Source of the DNA: Candidatus Marinacidobacterales bacterium
Lineage (GTDB): Bacteria; Acidobacteriota; Vicinamibacteria; Marinacidobacterales; SMYC01
DNA length: 64,000 nucleotides
Reading direction: 5' to 3'
NCBI GenBank assembly: GCA_965237955.1
Contig: OZ250169.1
Span: 7,136,001-7,200,000, forward strand
Shown: positions 39,584 through 50,132 of the stretch, in pieces
How the letters are laid out: each line of letters begins with the position of its first letter
How positions within the stretch are numbered: position 1 is the stretch's first letter
The notes under the pieces: generated by a model
Told to the model about the DNA's origin: nothing
What the model saw: the letters and a program-made list of their open reading frames with translations, nothing else
The model's database searches: none
Translations under genes and position numbers: made by a program

Positions 39584-41077
39584 TCAAACGAGCGAGTAGC
39601 CTGCCTCGGTACGGTGGATGCGACCCTCTTCTTCGAGCTTGATCAGCCCGGAGAGGAGCGAGCGTTCCGCGAGCGCGTGCATCTGGGATGGAACGTCGTT
39701 ATAGATCGCCTCCACGAGGGCGCCTGCGCTCTGTGGCTCCTTCGACAAGGCGGCGACGAGCTGGCGTTCACGCTCCGCTCGATGCTCGAGGGTCTTCCGG
39801 ATCACCTTCTTGCCGTCCGGCACCGGTGGCCCGTGGCCCGGGTAGAGCGTGCCCTCGGTGACCGATTCCAGGAGCTCGAGCGACTCTAAGTAAGTCGCGA
39901 GATGCCCATCTCTCGGATCGATGAGAATGGACGAAATCGTCGATACGAGATCGCCGACGATGATGGCACCGTAGCGGGAGTCTTGAAATGCCAAATGCCC
40001 GCGGGCGTGTCCGGGCACGCGGTACGCCTCGAGCTTCCAACCAGCGCTGGTATCCGGAGCACGACCGAGCTCGATCGTATCCCCGTGCTCGAGCGCCCTC
40101 CCGAACCGCCCACCGGGAAGCTCGGTGATGCAGTCCGCGTGCGCGTACGCGGGGACGTCGTAGCGTCGCTGCATTTCAGCGAGCGCGCCGACGTGGTCGG
40201 GGTGGTAGTGCGTCAGCAAAATGCCCTCGAGTGTCCGCCCCTCGGCTCGCAAGTCATCGAGCAGGTCCCACAAGCGCGCCTGCTCTCGTTCATCGACGGG
40301 AGACGGATCGACCAGATACAACCTCTCCTCTCCGACGATACACGTGTTCGTATGCGTTGCTGGCGGCAGCGTCGGCGTTTGGAGCGGTACCAGAAGGATC
40401 CCGGGCGAGAAGTAGATACGGTGAAGTTTGCCCGCTTCGTAGGATTCGGTCATCGCGCGGATGCGCTCACCGAGCGCGTCCTGCCCCTTCGCCCACTCTT
40501 CGAGAAGTACTACCATCGGCGGTGCGATCAGGAGCTTGCCGTTTTTCCAACGCGCGAGGGTCTTCTCCGGCTCGACGAAGTCGCCGTCCACGAGCTCGCC
40601 GTCCCAGATCTCGACTTCGGTGTCGTCAGGCACGAGTCCGCGAAGAAACCACGTGTCAAAGCGGACGGGGGCGAACGGCGGCGTGGTGATGCGGCAAAGG
40701 GGGGCGAGATCGCAGCTGTCGAGATGCTGTCCGTTTCTCTCGAGGAGCGCGCTGAAAGCAACGTCTTCCGCGAGAAGCCGTCGGCGATCCTCACGAAGCT
40801 TGGAGGTTTCCGGAGTGTCCCCTCCCTTGCCGAGCCAAATGCCCGTTTCCTCGAAAAGCTCCCGTGCGCCCGCCACCACGAAACGGCTCATGGCTTCGGT
40901 TTTGGCTTTATCAGTGAGCCCACGAACCGCGATCGACTCGTCGTCCGCGTCGAGCGTCCCGCCGGGAAACGCGAGAAAGCCCCCGAAGGAGCGCAGCTTC
41001 TTGCTGCGCTCGACGAGAAGAAGCTCCTCGGGACGGCTACGGCGCGAAAGCGCGAGGCTAACGGCAAGTCGCTTCAT
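39584..41077 (-). CDS. NUDIX - metallo-beta-lactamase fold fusion protein
   Basis: FPGG..GARELFEETG, RFDTWF; THYHPDH, PGHARGH, GD, PGHG; wHTH-like tail. Confidence 0.9.
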   Translation of the reverse strand: MKRLAVSLALSRRSRPEELLLVERSKKLRSFGGFLAFPGGTLDADDESIAVRGLTDKAKTEAMSRFVVAGARELFEETGIWLGKGGDTPETSKLREDRRRLLAEDVAFSALLERNGQHLDSCDLAPLCRITTPPFAPVRFDTWFLRGLVPDDTEVEIWDGELVDGDFVEPEKTLARWKNGKLLIAPPMVVLLEEWAKGQDALGERIRAMTESYEAGKLHRIYFSPGILLVPLQTPTLPPATHTNTCIVGEERLYLVDPSPVDEREQARLWDLLDDLRAEGRTLEGILLTHYHPDHVGALAEMQRRYDVPAYAHADCITELPGGRFGRALEHGDTIELGRAPDTSAGWKLEAYRVPGHARGHLAFQDSRYGAIIVGDLVSTISSILIDPRDGHLATYLESLELLESVTEGTLYPGHGPPVPDGKKVIRKTLEHRAERERQLVAALSKEPQSAGALVEAIYNDVPSQMHALAERSLLSGLIKLEEEGRIHRTEAGYSLV

Positions 41078-41149
41078 GACGCGATTATAGCCGTCTGCCG
41101 GGTTTTAAAAGCGGCGCTATAATGCACCGACTTCAGAAAGGATTCATGG

Positions 41150-42703
41150 ATGATCACGTTGAAGAGCTATGCTGCGGGGGAGTGGAAAGATGGCACCGGG
41201 AGGCCGCGGGTTCTCCGGCACGCCGTCACCGCGGAGGAGATCGCCCAGCTCGGGAGCGAAGGCGTGGACTTTGTCGCTATGCTCGCGTACGGTCGCGACA
41301 AGGGCGGCCCGGCGCTCCGGCAGATGACGTTCCCAGAGCGCGCGTCCATTCTCAAGAAGATGTCAGGGGTGCTCAACGAGCACCGTGACGAGCTCAACCA
41401 GATCGCCGCCAGCTACGGCGCCACCGCCAAAGACGCGGCTCTCGACGTGGACGGTGGTATCGGGACCCTCGCGTTCTACGCGAGCCTGGGCGCGAAGAAA
41501 CTTCCCGACTCGACGTTTCTCGTGGATGGCGATGCCGCACGTCTGTCGAAAGACGGCAACTTCGTGGGCCGCCACATCTACGTTCCTCTCGAGGGCGTCG
41601 CCGTGCAGATCAACGCCTACAACTTTCCGTCCTGGGGCATGCTCGAAAAACTCGCGCCGGCGGTTCTCGCCGGGATGCCGAGCATCGTCAAGCCTGCAAG
41701 TCCTTCGGCGTGGCTCGCGTTCCGTATCGTCGAGCTTCTCATCGAATCCAAAGTCGCTCCCGAGGGCACTCTCCAACTCATCTGCGGGTCGGTCGGTGAT
41801 TTGTTCGACCACATGACGTGCCAGGACCTGGTGTCGTTCACCGGCTCGGCGTCTATTGGTAAGAAAATTCGCTCGCACACAAACATCGTCGCGAGTGCGA
41901 TTCGCGTCAACATCGAGGCCGACTCGCTCAACTGCATCGTTCTCGGACCCGACGTCGAGCCCGGCTCGGACACTTTCGAGTTCTTCAGAAAAGAAGTGCT
42001 GCGCGAAATGACGGTGAAAGCCGGGCAAAAATGTACCGCGATCCGTCGCGTTCTCGTACCAGCAAAACGCGCGGACGCCGTGGTCGATGCTCTGAAGGAA
42101 GGCCTCGCCAAGATCCAGATAGGCGACCCCTCGGCGGAAGGCGTTCGCATGGGCCCACTCGTCGATGAAGACGCGGTGCGCGCTGCGCGCGAGGGCATCG
42201 CGACCCTTTCAGGCGAAGCCGAGATCGTTTACGGCGATCCGAGCCGCAGTGATTTCGAGCCGAAGGGTGGAGCTTTCATGGAGCCCGTGCTGCTTCTGTG
42301 CCGCGAGGGCGCGCATGCGAAAGCGATCCATGAAGTCGAAGTCTTCGGACCGGCGGCCACCGTCGTCGGCTACGAAGGCGTCGACGAAGCAATAGACATC
42401 GCACGCAAAGGCGGTGGCAGCCTCGTCGGTTCGATCTTCACCGAAGATGAAGACTTCGCCGCCAAGACGACGTTCGAGCTCGCGCCGTATCACGGGCGGC
42501 TCATGGTCATGAACGCGAAGTCCGCGCCCGAGTCGACGGGGCACGGCGTGGTGATGCCGCACCTCGTACACGGTGGTCCCGGACGCGCCGGTGGCGGCGA
42601 AGAGCTCGGCGGCGTGCGGAGCCTCTACCACTACATGCAGCGAATCGCGCTCCAGGGCGATCCCGAGCGGCTCGAAAAGATGCTGGCGCCCGCATTGCGT
42701 TAG
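41150..42703 (+). CDS. PaaZ/BoxD-type CoA-semialdehyde dehydrogenase, ALDH domain only
   Basis: INAYNFPSWGMLEK, EADSLN, KAGQKCTAIRR, HGGPGRAGGGEELGG; no MaoC domain. Confidence 0.9.
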   Translation: MITLKSYAAGEWKDGTGRPRVLRHAVTAEEIAQLGSEGVDFVAMLAYGRDKGGPALRQMTFPERASILKKMSGVLNEHRDELNQIAASYGATAKDAALDVDGGIGTLAFYASLGAKKLPDSTFLVDGDAARLSKDGNFVGRHIYVPLEGVAVQINAYNFPSWGMLEKLAPAVLAGMPSIVKPASPSAWLAFRIVELLIESKVAPEGTLQLICGSVGDLFDHMTCQDLVSFTGSASIGKKIRSHTNIVASAIRVNIEADSLNCIVLGPDVEPGSDTFEFFRKEVLREMTVKAGQKCTAIRRVLVPAKRADAVVDALKEGLAKIQIGDPSAEGVRMGPLVDEDAVRAAREGIATLSGEAEIVYGDPSRSDFEPKGGAFMEPVLLLCREGAHAKAIHEVEVFGPAATVVGYEGVDEAIDIARKGGGSLVGSIFTEDEDFAAKTTFELAPYHGRLMVMNAKSAPESTGHGVVMPHLVHGGPGRAGGGEELGGVRSLYHYMQRIALQGDPERLEKMLAPALR

Positions 42704-42707
42704 ACCC

Positions 42708-43583
42708 TTAGTCGTGAAATCGCGGCGCGCGTTCGATCAGATCCTCGTCGTCGAGCACAGCGGCTAGAGCCTCGATCCGTTCCCGGTCAGCGCCCCGCCA
42801 CTCGAGCGCGGCTATATCTTCCTCGAGCGGAACATCGACGCGGAGTGTTGCGAGCTTGCGATACAAGAGTGCCTCGTCACGTTCGTGCCGCAGGTTGGCC
42901 GCGAGATCATAGGCCCGTCGGGACTTCACCTCCCAATCCGCGGCATTGTCGGGAATGGACTCGATGTGGCGGTAGCGATCGAGGAGCGCGGCTGCGGATT
43001 TCTTGCCCCAACCGAAGATTCCCGGAATGCCGTCTGCCGCATCACCGACGAGAGCGAGGTAGTCCGGGATCGATTCGGGGAGCACACCGAATTTCTCCTT
43101 CACACCGCTCTCATCGAGAACGATCTGCCGCCTGCGATCCCAGCACACGACGCGCTCGCCCTCGACACACTGCGTGAGGTCTTTGTCGGGCGACGCGATC
43201 ACGACCTGTTGCACCGCATCCTCTCGGGCGAATCGTGCGGCAGCCGTCCCCATGGCATCGTCCGCCTCGAACTCCACCATAGGCCAGGTGACGATCCCGA
43301 GGGCGCGGGTCACGTCTTCGGCAAGCTCGAACTGCTCCCAAAGCTCGGCCTCGATGCCTTCACCGGTCTTGTAGCCTTCGAAGAGATCGTTCCGAAAGGA
43401 TTCGATGACGTGGTCGAACGCGCACGCGACGTGAGTGACGTCATCCCCTCGCAACAGCAGGAGGAAACTACGGAGAAGCACGATACAAGCTCCGACTTCG
43501 CGCCCCGAGGCATTGGTTCGCTTCGGTGCACCGTAGTAGGCGCGGAACAGCTCGTAGGTGCCGTCGATGAGGTGGACTTTCAC
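42708..43583 (-). CDS. stand-alone 5'-3' exonuclease / flap endonuclease
   Basis: HLIDG, FRNDLFEGYK, EADD, SPDKDL, LVGDAADGIPGI. Confidence 0.93.
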   Translation of the reverse strand: MKVHLIDGTYELFRAYYGAPKRTNASGREVGACIVLLRSFLLLLRGDDVTHVACAFDHVIESFRNDLFEGYKTGEGIEAELWEQFELAEDVTRALGIVTWPMVEFEADDAMGTAAARFAREDAVQQVVIASPDKDLTQCVEGERVVCWDRRRQIVLDESGVKEKFGVLPESIPDYLALVGDAADGIPGIFGWGKKSAAALLDRYRHIESIPDNAADWEVKSRRAYDLAANLRHERDEALLYRKLATLRVDVPLEEDIAALEWRGADRERIEALAAVLDDEDLIERAPRFHD

Positions 43584-43621
43584 GAAGCGGCATTCTAACT
43601 CGCGCTCGATGCCGATCAGGC

Positions 43622-43738
43622 AGAAAAAAACAACGCAAAGTCGCAGGGGCGCAAAGACGCAAAGGTTCGCGTTAATGCTTCAAGCGACTCGGATACTTTG
43701 CGCCTTCGCGTCTTGGCACCTTTGCGTTGGTTTTTTTG
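43622..43738. repeat. REP-like inverted repeat of CGCAAAG units
   Basis: AACGCAAAG..GCGCAAAGACGCAAAG versus CTTTGCG..CTTTGCGTT, with A-rich and T-rich flanks. Confidence 0.75.
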
Positions 43739-43760
43739 GAATCAGCCGCTCAGCCTGCCT

Positions 43761-44478
43761 CTACAACTTGCCTTCGGCTTTGCGGTCCTCGGCATCCCAG
43801 AACGTCTGGTACACACGACGTCTTTCGATCATCGTCCGCGCGACGATACGCTCGCCCGTCGCGGCGTCGTTCGAGTGGATGACGAGGTCGGCGAGCACGG
43901 CGAACGCCTGCGTGCCTTCGCCGGTCTTGAACTCGTCACCGACGAGGACGAGAAACACCCGGCGCCGGATCTCCGGAGACAGAGTGCACACGATGCGATA
44001 GAGGTTTCTCTCCTCGGGGACTCCGTTCCGGGTCGTCGCGACAACGGGATACTCGCCCTGCTGAAGCCTCAGGACTTTCTCTTCGAGCTGAGGGTCGAGT
44101 CCCTCTGAGGCGAAGCCCAGCTTTGCGAGCATCGTTTCCAGGCTCTCCGCCTGCTCGCTGTTCGGGACGGAAATGAGTGCGGTTCCAATGGGCGGCGCCG
44201 ACGGTGGTCGGACCGGCGCAGGCGGCGCAATCACCGAGCTACTCGGAGGCTTGGCCTGCGATTGCGATGCAGACGGTTGAGCCTGCTGTTCCTGTCGAGC
44301 CTGCTTAGGTTCCGGGGCTGGTGCGGCGGCGGGGCTGCGGCGCTTCGCCATTTCCGTTCTTTCCAGGAAGCTTGACCGTGGCCTGACACTTCGGGCACTT
44401 GAGCATGAACGGCGTATCCGGAATCTTTGCGTCGTCGAGGACGAGTCGATTGGAGCACTTGGGACAGTTTATTTGCAC
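43761..44478 (-). pseudogene. zinc-ribbon (MJ0042-like) protein, +1 frameshift near 44331
   Basis: GTG 44478: INCPKC..LKCPKC is one base out of frame with ORF 43761-44351. Confidence 0.75.
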
Positions 44479-44482
44479 GTCA

Positions 44483-45708
44483 CTACCTCTCGATCAGGTT
44501 GTCCATCTCGGTCGCGGGCGCGGGCGCTTCTTCGGTAGCGGGCGGGCCGCCGTTGCCGGGCCGCGCGCCTTCCATCGACAACCTCAACTTGAGGTTGGCC
44601 GCGTTCGAGGCGTAGGAGAGTCCAGTCTCCGCATCGAGCACGCCCGACTCGATGAGCCGCTGCAGCTCCGAATCGAACGTCTGCATGCCTTCGAGAGCCC
44701 CGTCTTCCATGGCGTCCAGAAGGCTCTTCCCTTCTTTCTCACCCTCACGGATATAGTCGCGAGTTCGGGACGTGCCTCGCAAGATCTCGCACACCGCCAT
44801 GCGCCCCCCACTCCGCTTGGGAATGAGGCGTTGGCTCACGATCCATTTGAACGACTGCGCGAACCGCGTGCGAATATGGCGCTCTTCGTTTTTGGGAAAC
44901 ACACCGACGATACGATCGATCGTCTTCGACGCGTCGATGGTGTGTAGCGTCGACAGCACGAGATGGCCGGTCTCGGACGCTTCGAGCGCAGTGTTGATCG
45001 TCTCGGTATCCCGCATCTCACCCACGAGAATCACCTTGGGCGCTTGCCGAAGGGCGGCGCGGAGAGCGAGTGAAAACGTCTCGGTGTCGGCGCCGACTTC
45101 GCGCTGGTTGATAGTGGCGTTCATCGCCGGGTAGAGATACTCGATGGGATCTTCGGTAGTGTCTCAGTTTGAATTTTTCAAACTGAGACACTACCGGATC
45201 TTCGATCGTAATAATGTGGATCGCTTTCTCGTAGTTCATCTTATTGAGGAGCGCGGCGAGCGTCGTCGACTTTCCCGACCCCGTGGGACCCGTGACCAGG
45301 ACGATGCCGTTGCGTTCCTCTGTGATCTCATTGAGCTGGGTTGGGATGCCGAGCTCCTCCACCGTGGGAATCTTGTTGGGGATGACCCGGAACACGACCG
45401 AGTAACGACCCCCGCTGGGAAAAAATATTCACCCGGAAGCGGGTCTTGTGCGCGAGCGAATACGAGAGATCCACCGATCCGGTGCGCAGGAGCTTTTCGA
45501 TCAGGTCCCGTTTGCCCCTCAGAAGCCGCATCGCGATGAGCTCGGTCTGGTACGGGGAAAGCTTCTCGACTCCGGCATAGGGTACGGCTTGGAGCTTGCC
45601 TTCGATTTCCACCTGGGGCGGTTTCCCTACAGACAGATTCAAGTCGGAAACGCCCTCAGCAGAGTCCAGCATCTTCGCGAGGAGCGGGTTCATGTCGAAA
45701 TACGCCAT
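44483..45708 (-). pseudogene. pilT: PilT/PilU family type IV pilus ATPase, disrupted by a MITE and a 1-nt frameshift
   Basis: RFRVNIF.QRG, GPTGSGKST, TIEDP|IEY, GEMRD, TGHLVLSTLHT, GMQTFD; repairs to 391 aa. Confidence 0.9.
45155..45195. mobile_element. 41-bp palindromic MITE / IS footprint
   Basis: GGTAGTGTCTCAGTTTGAA-TTT-TTCAAACTGAGACACTACC flanked by the 8-bp duplication GGATCTTC. Confidence 0.92.
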
Positions 45709-45794
45709 GGGCGAAAGGCCTCCACGGGAAAAAGCAAAATTCTGTTGTTTTAGTTGTTTCGGAAGGCTTTTAGTATACCATGCGAAACTCGCTC

Positions 45795-46640
45795 ATGACG
45801 AAGACAACCCCTTTTGCCGGTTGTTTCGCGGACGACGACGAGTCTGAGTTGGTCTTTCTCGGCCTCGCCGACGACACACAGTCGAGGTACCTCGGCGGCT
45901 GCGCCGGCGGGCCGGCTGCGATCCGCAACGCCGACGACGGCAAATGTTTCAATGCCACCACCGAATCCGGCGTCGATCTCGAGCACGCGGTGAGCGATCT
46001 CGGAGACCGCTATCCCGGCGACAGTTGGGAGGCAAGCGCTCGCGATTACAAGGCGCAGGCGGAAGCGCTCTTCGAGGCTTCTAGAGTCCCGTTCATCGCT
46101 GGCGGCGACCACGCCGTCACCATCCCCGTCGTCGAAGCGCTAGTCCCCTGTATCAGAACAAACTAGATAAAACAGAGCTTGCCGAAACCCTTCTAAGTGC
46201 ATGAATCTTATGAATCTTATGGGCTGGCGAAAAGCCTAACTTTGTATAGTAATCAAAGATCCAGGGGACTAGAGGTGCTAGAACAACCGGTCCACGTCAT
46301 TCAGATCGACGCGCATCCCGACCTCTAACCCGAATTCGAAGGGAATCGGTTTTCGCACGCGTGTACCGGCGCTCGCATCCTGGAGATGGATCACATCGCC
46401 AGTCTCACCCAGCTCGGCATCCGGACGATGAATACGCAGAGTCCTTTTCTCGACCGCTACTCCGATCGCCTCATCATCCACGAGGCACGTGAGCTCCCCG
46501 CGGAGCTTCCGGAGCTCACCCACATTCCCGAAGACGCCTTGGTCTACATCACCATCGACATGGATGGATTCGACCCCGGGGTCTCCCACGCCGTCCCCGG
46601 AGGGTTGAGCTCGCGCCAAGTGCTCGACTTCATCCAGCTT
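45795..46640 (+). pseudogene. agmatinase/arginase family pseudogene
   Basis: GPAAIR, GGDHAVT, IDAHPDL, FSHAC, LGIR, IDMDGFDP; MITE insertion, TAA at 46326-46328, 3' truncation. Confidence 0.9.
46140..46272. mobile_element. AT-rich MITE in a CTAG target
   Basis: CTAGTCCCCTGTATC ... GATCCAGGGGACTAG; removing 129 bp restores EAL|EVLEQPVHVIQIDAH. Confidence 0.88.
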
Positions 46641-48897
46641 AAGGTCGGTCTGACAAGACCAGCGCTGGGTCTCCCATCAGGTGGTAGATGCTCAGGAGCT
46701 CGTTGCGAGCTCCTGTCTCCGCGAATTGGATCTGAGCTTCGAGCAAGGCGTCTCCGAGACGCACGTGATTTCCGCGCACGAGCTCATGGACGATGGTCGA
46801 ATGAAAACGACTCGCGGGCTCATGCAAGCTGAGTCCACTCGGTGAAAACGTGGCGATCGCACCCTTCGCCTCAGCTTTGAGCAAGGCTTCACTCAGCGAA
46901 TCGAAAAAGGGAAAGTGAAAGTAGCCGTTGAGACAGTTCATCGTGAGCACGATCGGTTGTCGGGGTTGTGTGGAAAGCAAGCTCACGTCACGAGAGCGCA
47001 GCAGGTTCTCGTCAGCCCATAGATTGATCCCACCGTGCCCCAAGTAGCTGACCAGTGAGGCGCCCGAGTCGAAGGCGTCCAAAACGCGCGATCGCGTTTC
47101 CGATACACCAAGCTGGCTCAGATAGATCTTCTCGACCGACCGACCGCCAGAGATCGTTGCCGCAAGCGTGTCGGCATCACGCTCGAACTCACCCGCGCGA
47201 TCAGAATCGTCCGCGACGAGAACGATCGGGCCCTCGGAGTCGTCGACGCCGGCCTCGAAGGTAAGGATTTTCGTCACCATCGTGGCGAGCTCGGATACCG
47301 AAGCGGCCGGTAGGCGCCCGATTGCCAAATCAGGAAGCAGATCGTCACCGTTTATCGCAGCGTAAGCAGGATCCGACGCGGTCCAAAGAAATTCCGTTTT
47401 GACCATAAACGGTGGCAGCTGAAGACGTTTTCCACCTAGACGCAGATAGTCTTTGAAATCGTAGGTTCCGTCGCCGAGCAGCAGCACGTACCGAGGGGAC
47501 GGCGCCCGCCAGTGATGGTAGGCGTAGCTCAGGAACGATTGGATCGCGCTCGGCCGGGCTTCACCGAAGCCGAACTCGGAGTAAATCTCCTCGAGCGAGA
47601 CCCCCCGGACATCCAAACCTTGATTCTGTCGATGCGTCAGAAGAGGCCTAGCGGCAACGACGAGCTCGCTTGGACCGATGACGAGGTAGTCCGCATAGTT
47701 GAGGCTGTTCTTCAACCGGCTCACCACCGGTTCGCTGACCGCCGGCCTGGCCACCGCCTCTGGGCTCGACGCCACGTAGCGATGTCCCGCCCGAGCTCGA
47801 AACGCCGCGCCGTCAGCGCTATCTATCTTCAACCATCGCGGTGCGGCGTCCGTCGCGTCCACCACGTAGCTTCCCGTTCCGAGATTCGACAGGGTTGCTC
47901 GACCGCTCCCGTCGAAGCGTCCCTCGAACCGGCCCGCAACCGCTTCCAACTGTCGCGAGTACTCGAGCGCCCATCGGTCGACGAACACCATGGAGTACGC
48001 CGCTTCCGTGTCACCGACGTTCTCGATTTCGAGGACGTTCTCGCCATCACGCAACACGCCGGGCGGAACCTCGGCTTCCAGTTTACGGGGACGCTTCGCA
48101 TTCCAGCTGTCTTCACCTACGAGCGACCCATTCACCCAGACACGGACGTGGTGATCCGGGGACGCGGGAAAGTCGCTACCTCCTTGAAGCCACAAGCTCA
48201 AATGCGCCGCTTCCGCGCGTGCCGCGAGCCCCGAGATCGCGAACGGGAAACGCTTGCTGGCGCCTCCGAACACCGTGTCCCAGAGCCACGGGTCAACGGC
48301 GTCGACAAGAGTCGCCTGGTACAGACGATTCTCCTGTCGATCGATTCGGTGTCGGTACACGGAGACGGGACCTTCACCAACCCCCATCAACTCGACCGGC
48401 ATCCGTTGGCCCCGTACGCCGATCTCTAGCTCGTAGACGATCTCGTTCCCGTACGGATTGGCCGCCTCACCGTCCCCAAGAAAGAATAGAGTCGAACCGG
48501 GCCCGAAACGCCGGCGTTTGGGCTCGACGTGGAACGCCACGCTCTCACCTTGATGGCTCAACCGGAGGTTGGCCGTCGAGATGCCGCGTCGTCGGATTCC
48601 AGAGATGCCTTCGAAATCCACCGCGTGGAGCCCTCGCTCGCGCGTGGACAGGTGCGCTATCACCCTCTTGCGCTCGTGACTCGCGTCGTGCGCGTGCTGT
48701 CGAGCACCCCCACGACGTGTCGTCTCGAGAAGGCCCCCGCGAAATCGCAATCGAACGCGAAGGGTCCGGACCATCAGCAAGCGCTCCGTCTGCGGCTCCC
48801 ATCGCAGTGGCGCGAGCTCGACAAGCGCTCTTCGCGTGTCCCTCAGTTGAACCGCCCCGGCTTTTCCGGAGACTCCAACTCTTGAGAGGATGGAGTC

Positions 48898-50132
<1,235 letters not shown>

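Noticed and set aside
17193-46328. Stop-codon reassignment or pyrrolysine (TAG 17193, TAG 35798, TAG 39465, TAA 46326)
   Set aside because: Mixed codons, mostly in genes with other lesions; TAG ends many intact genes here
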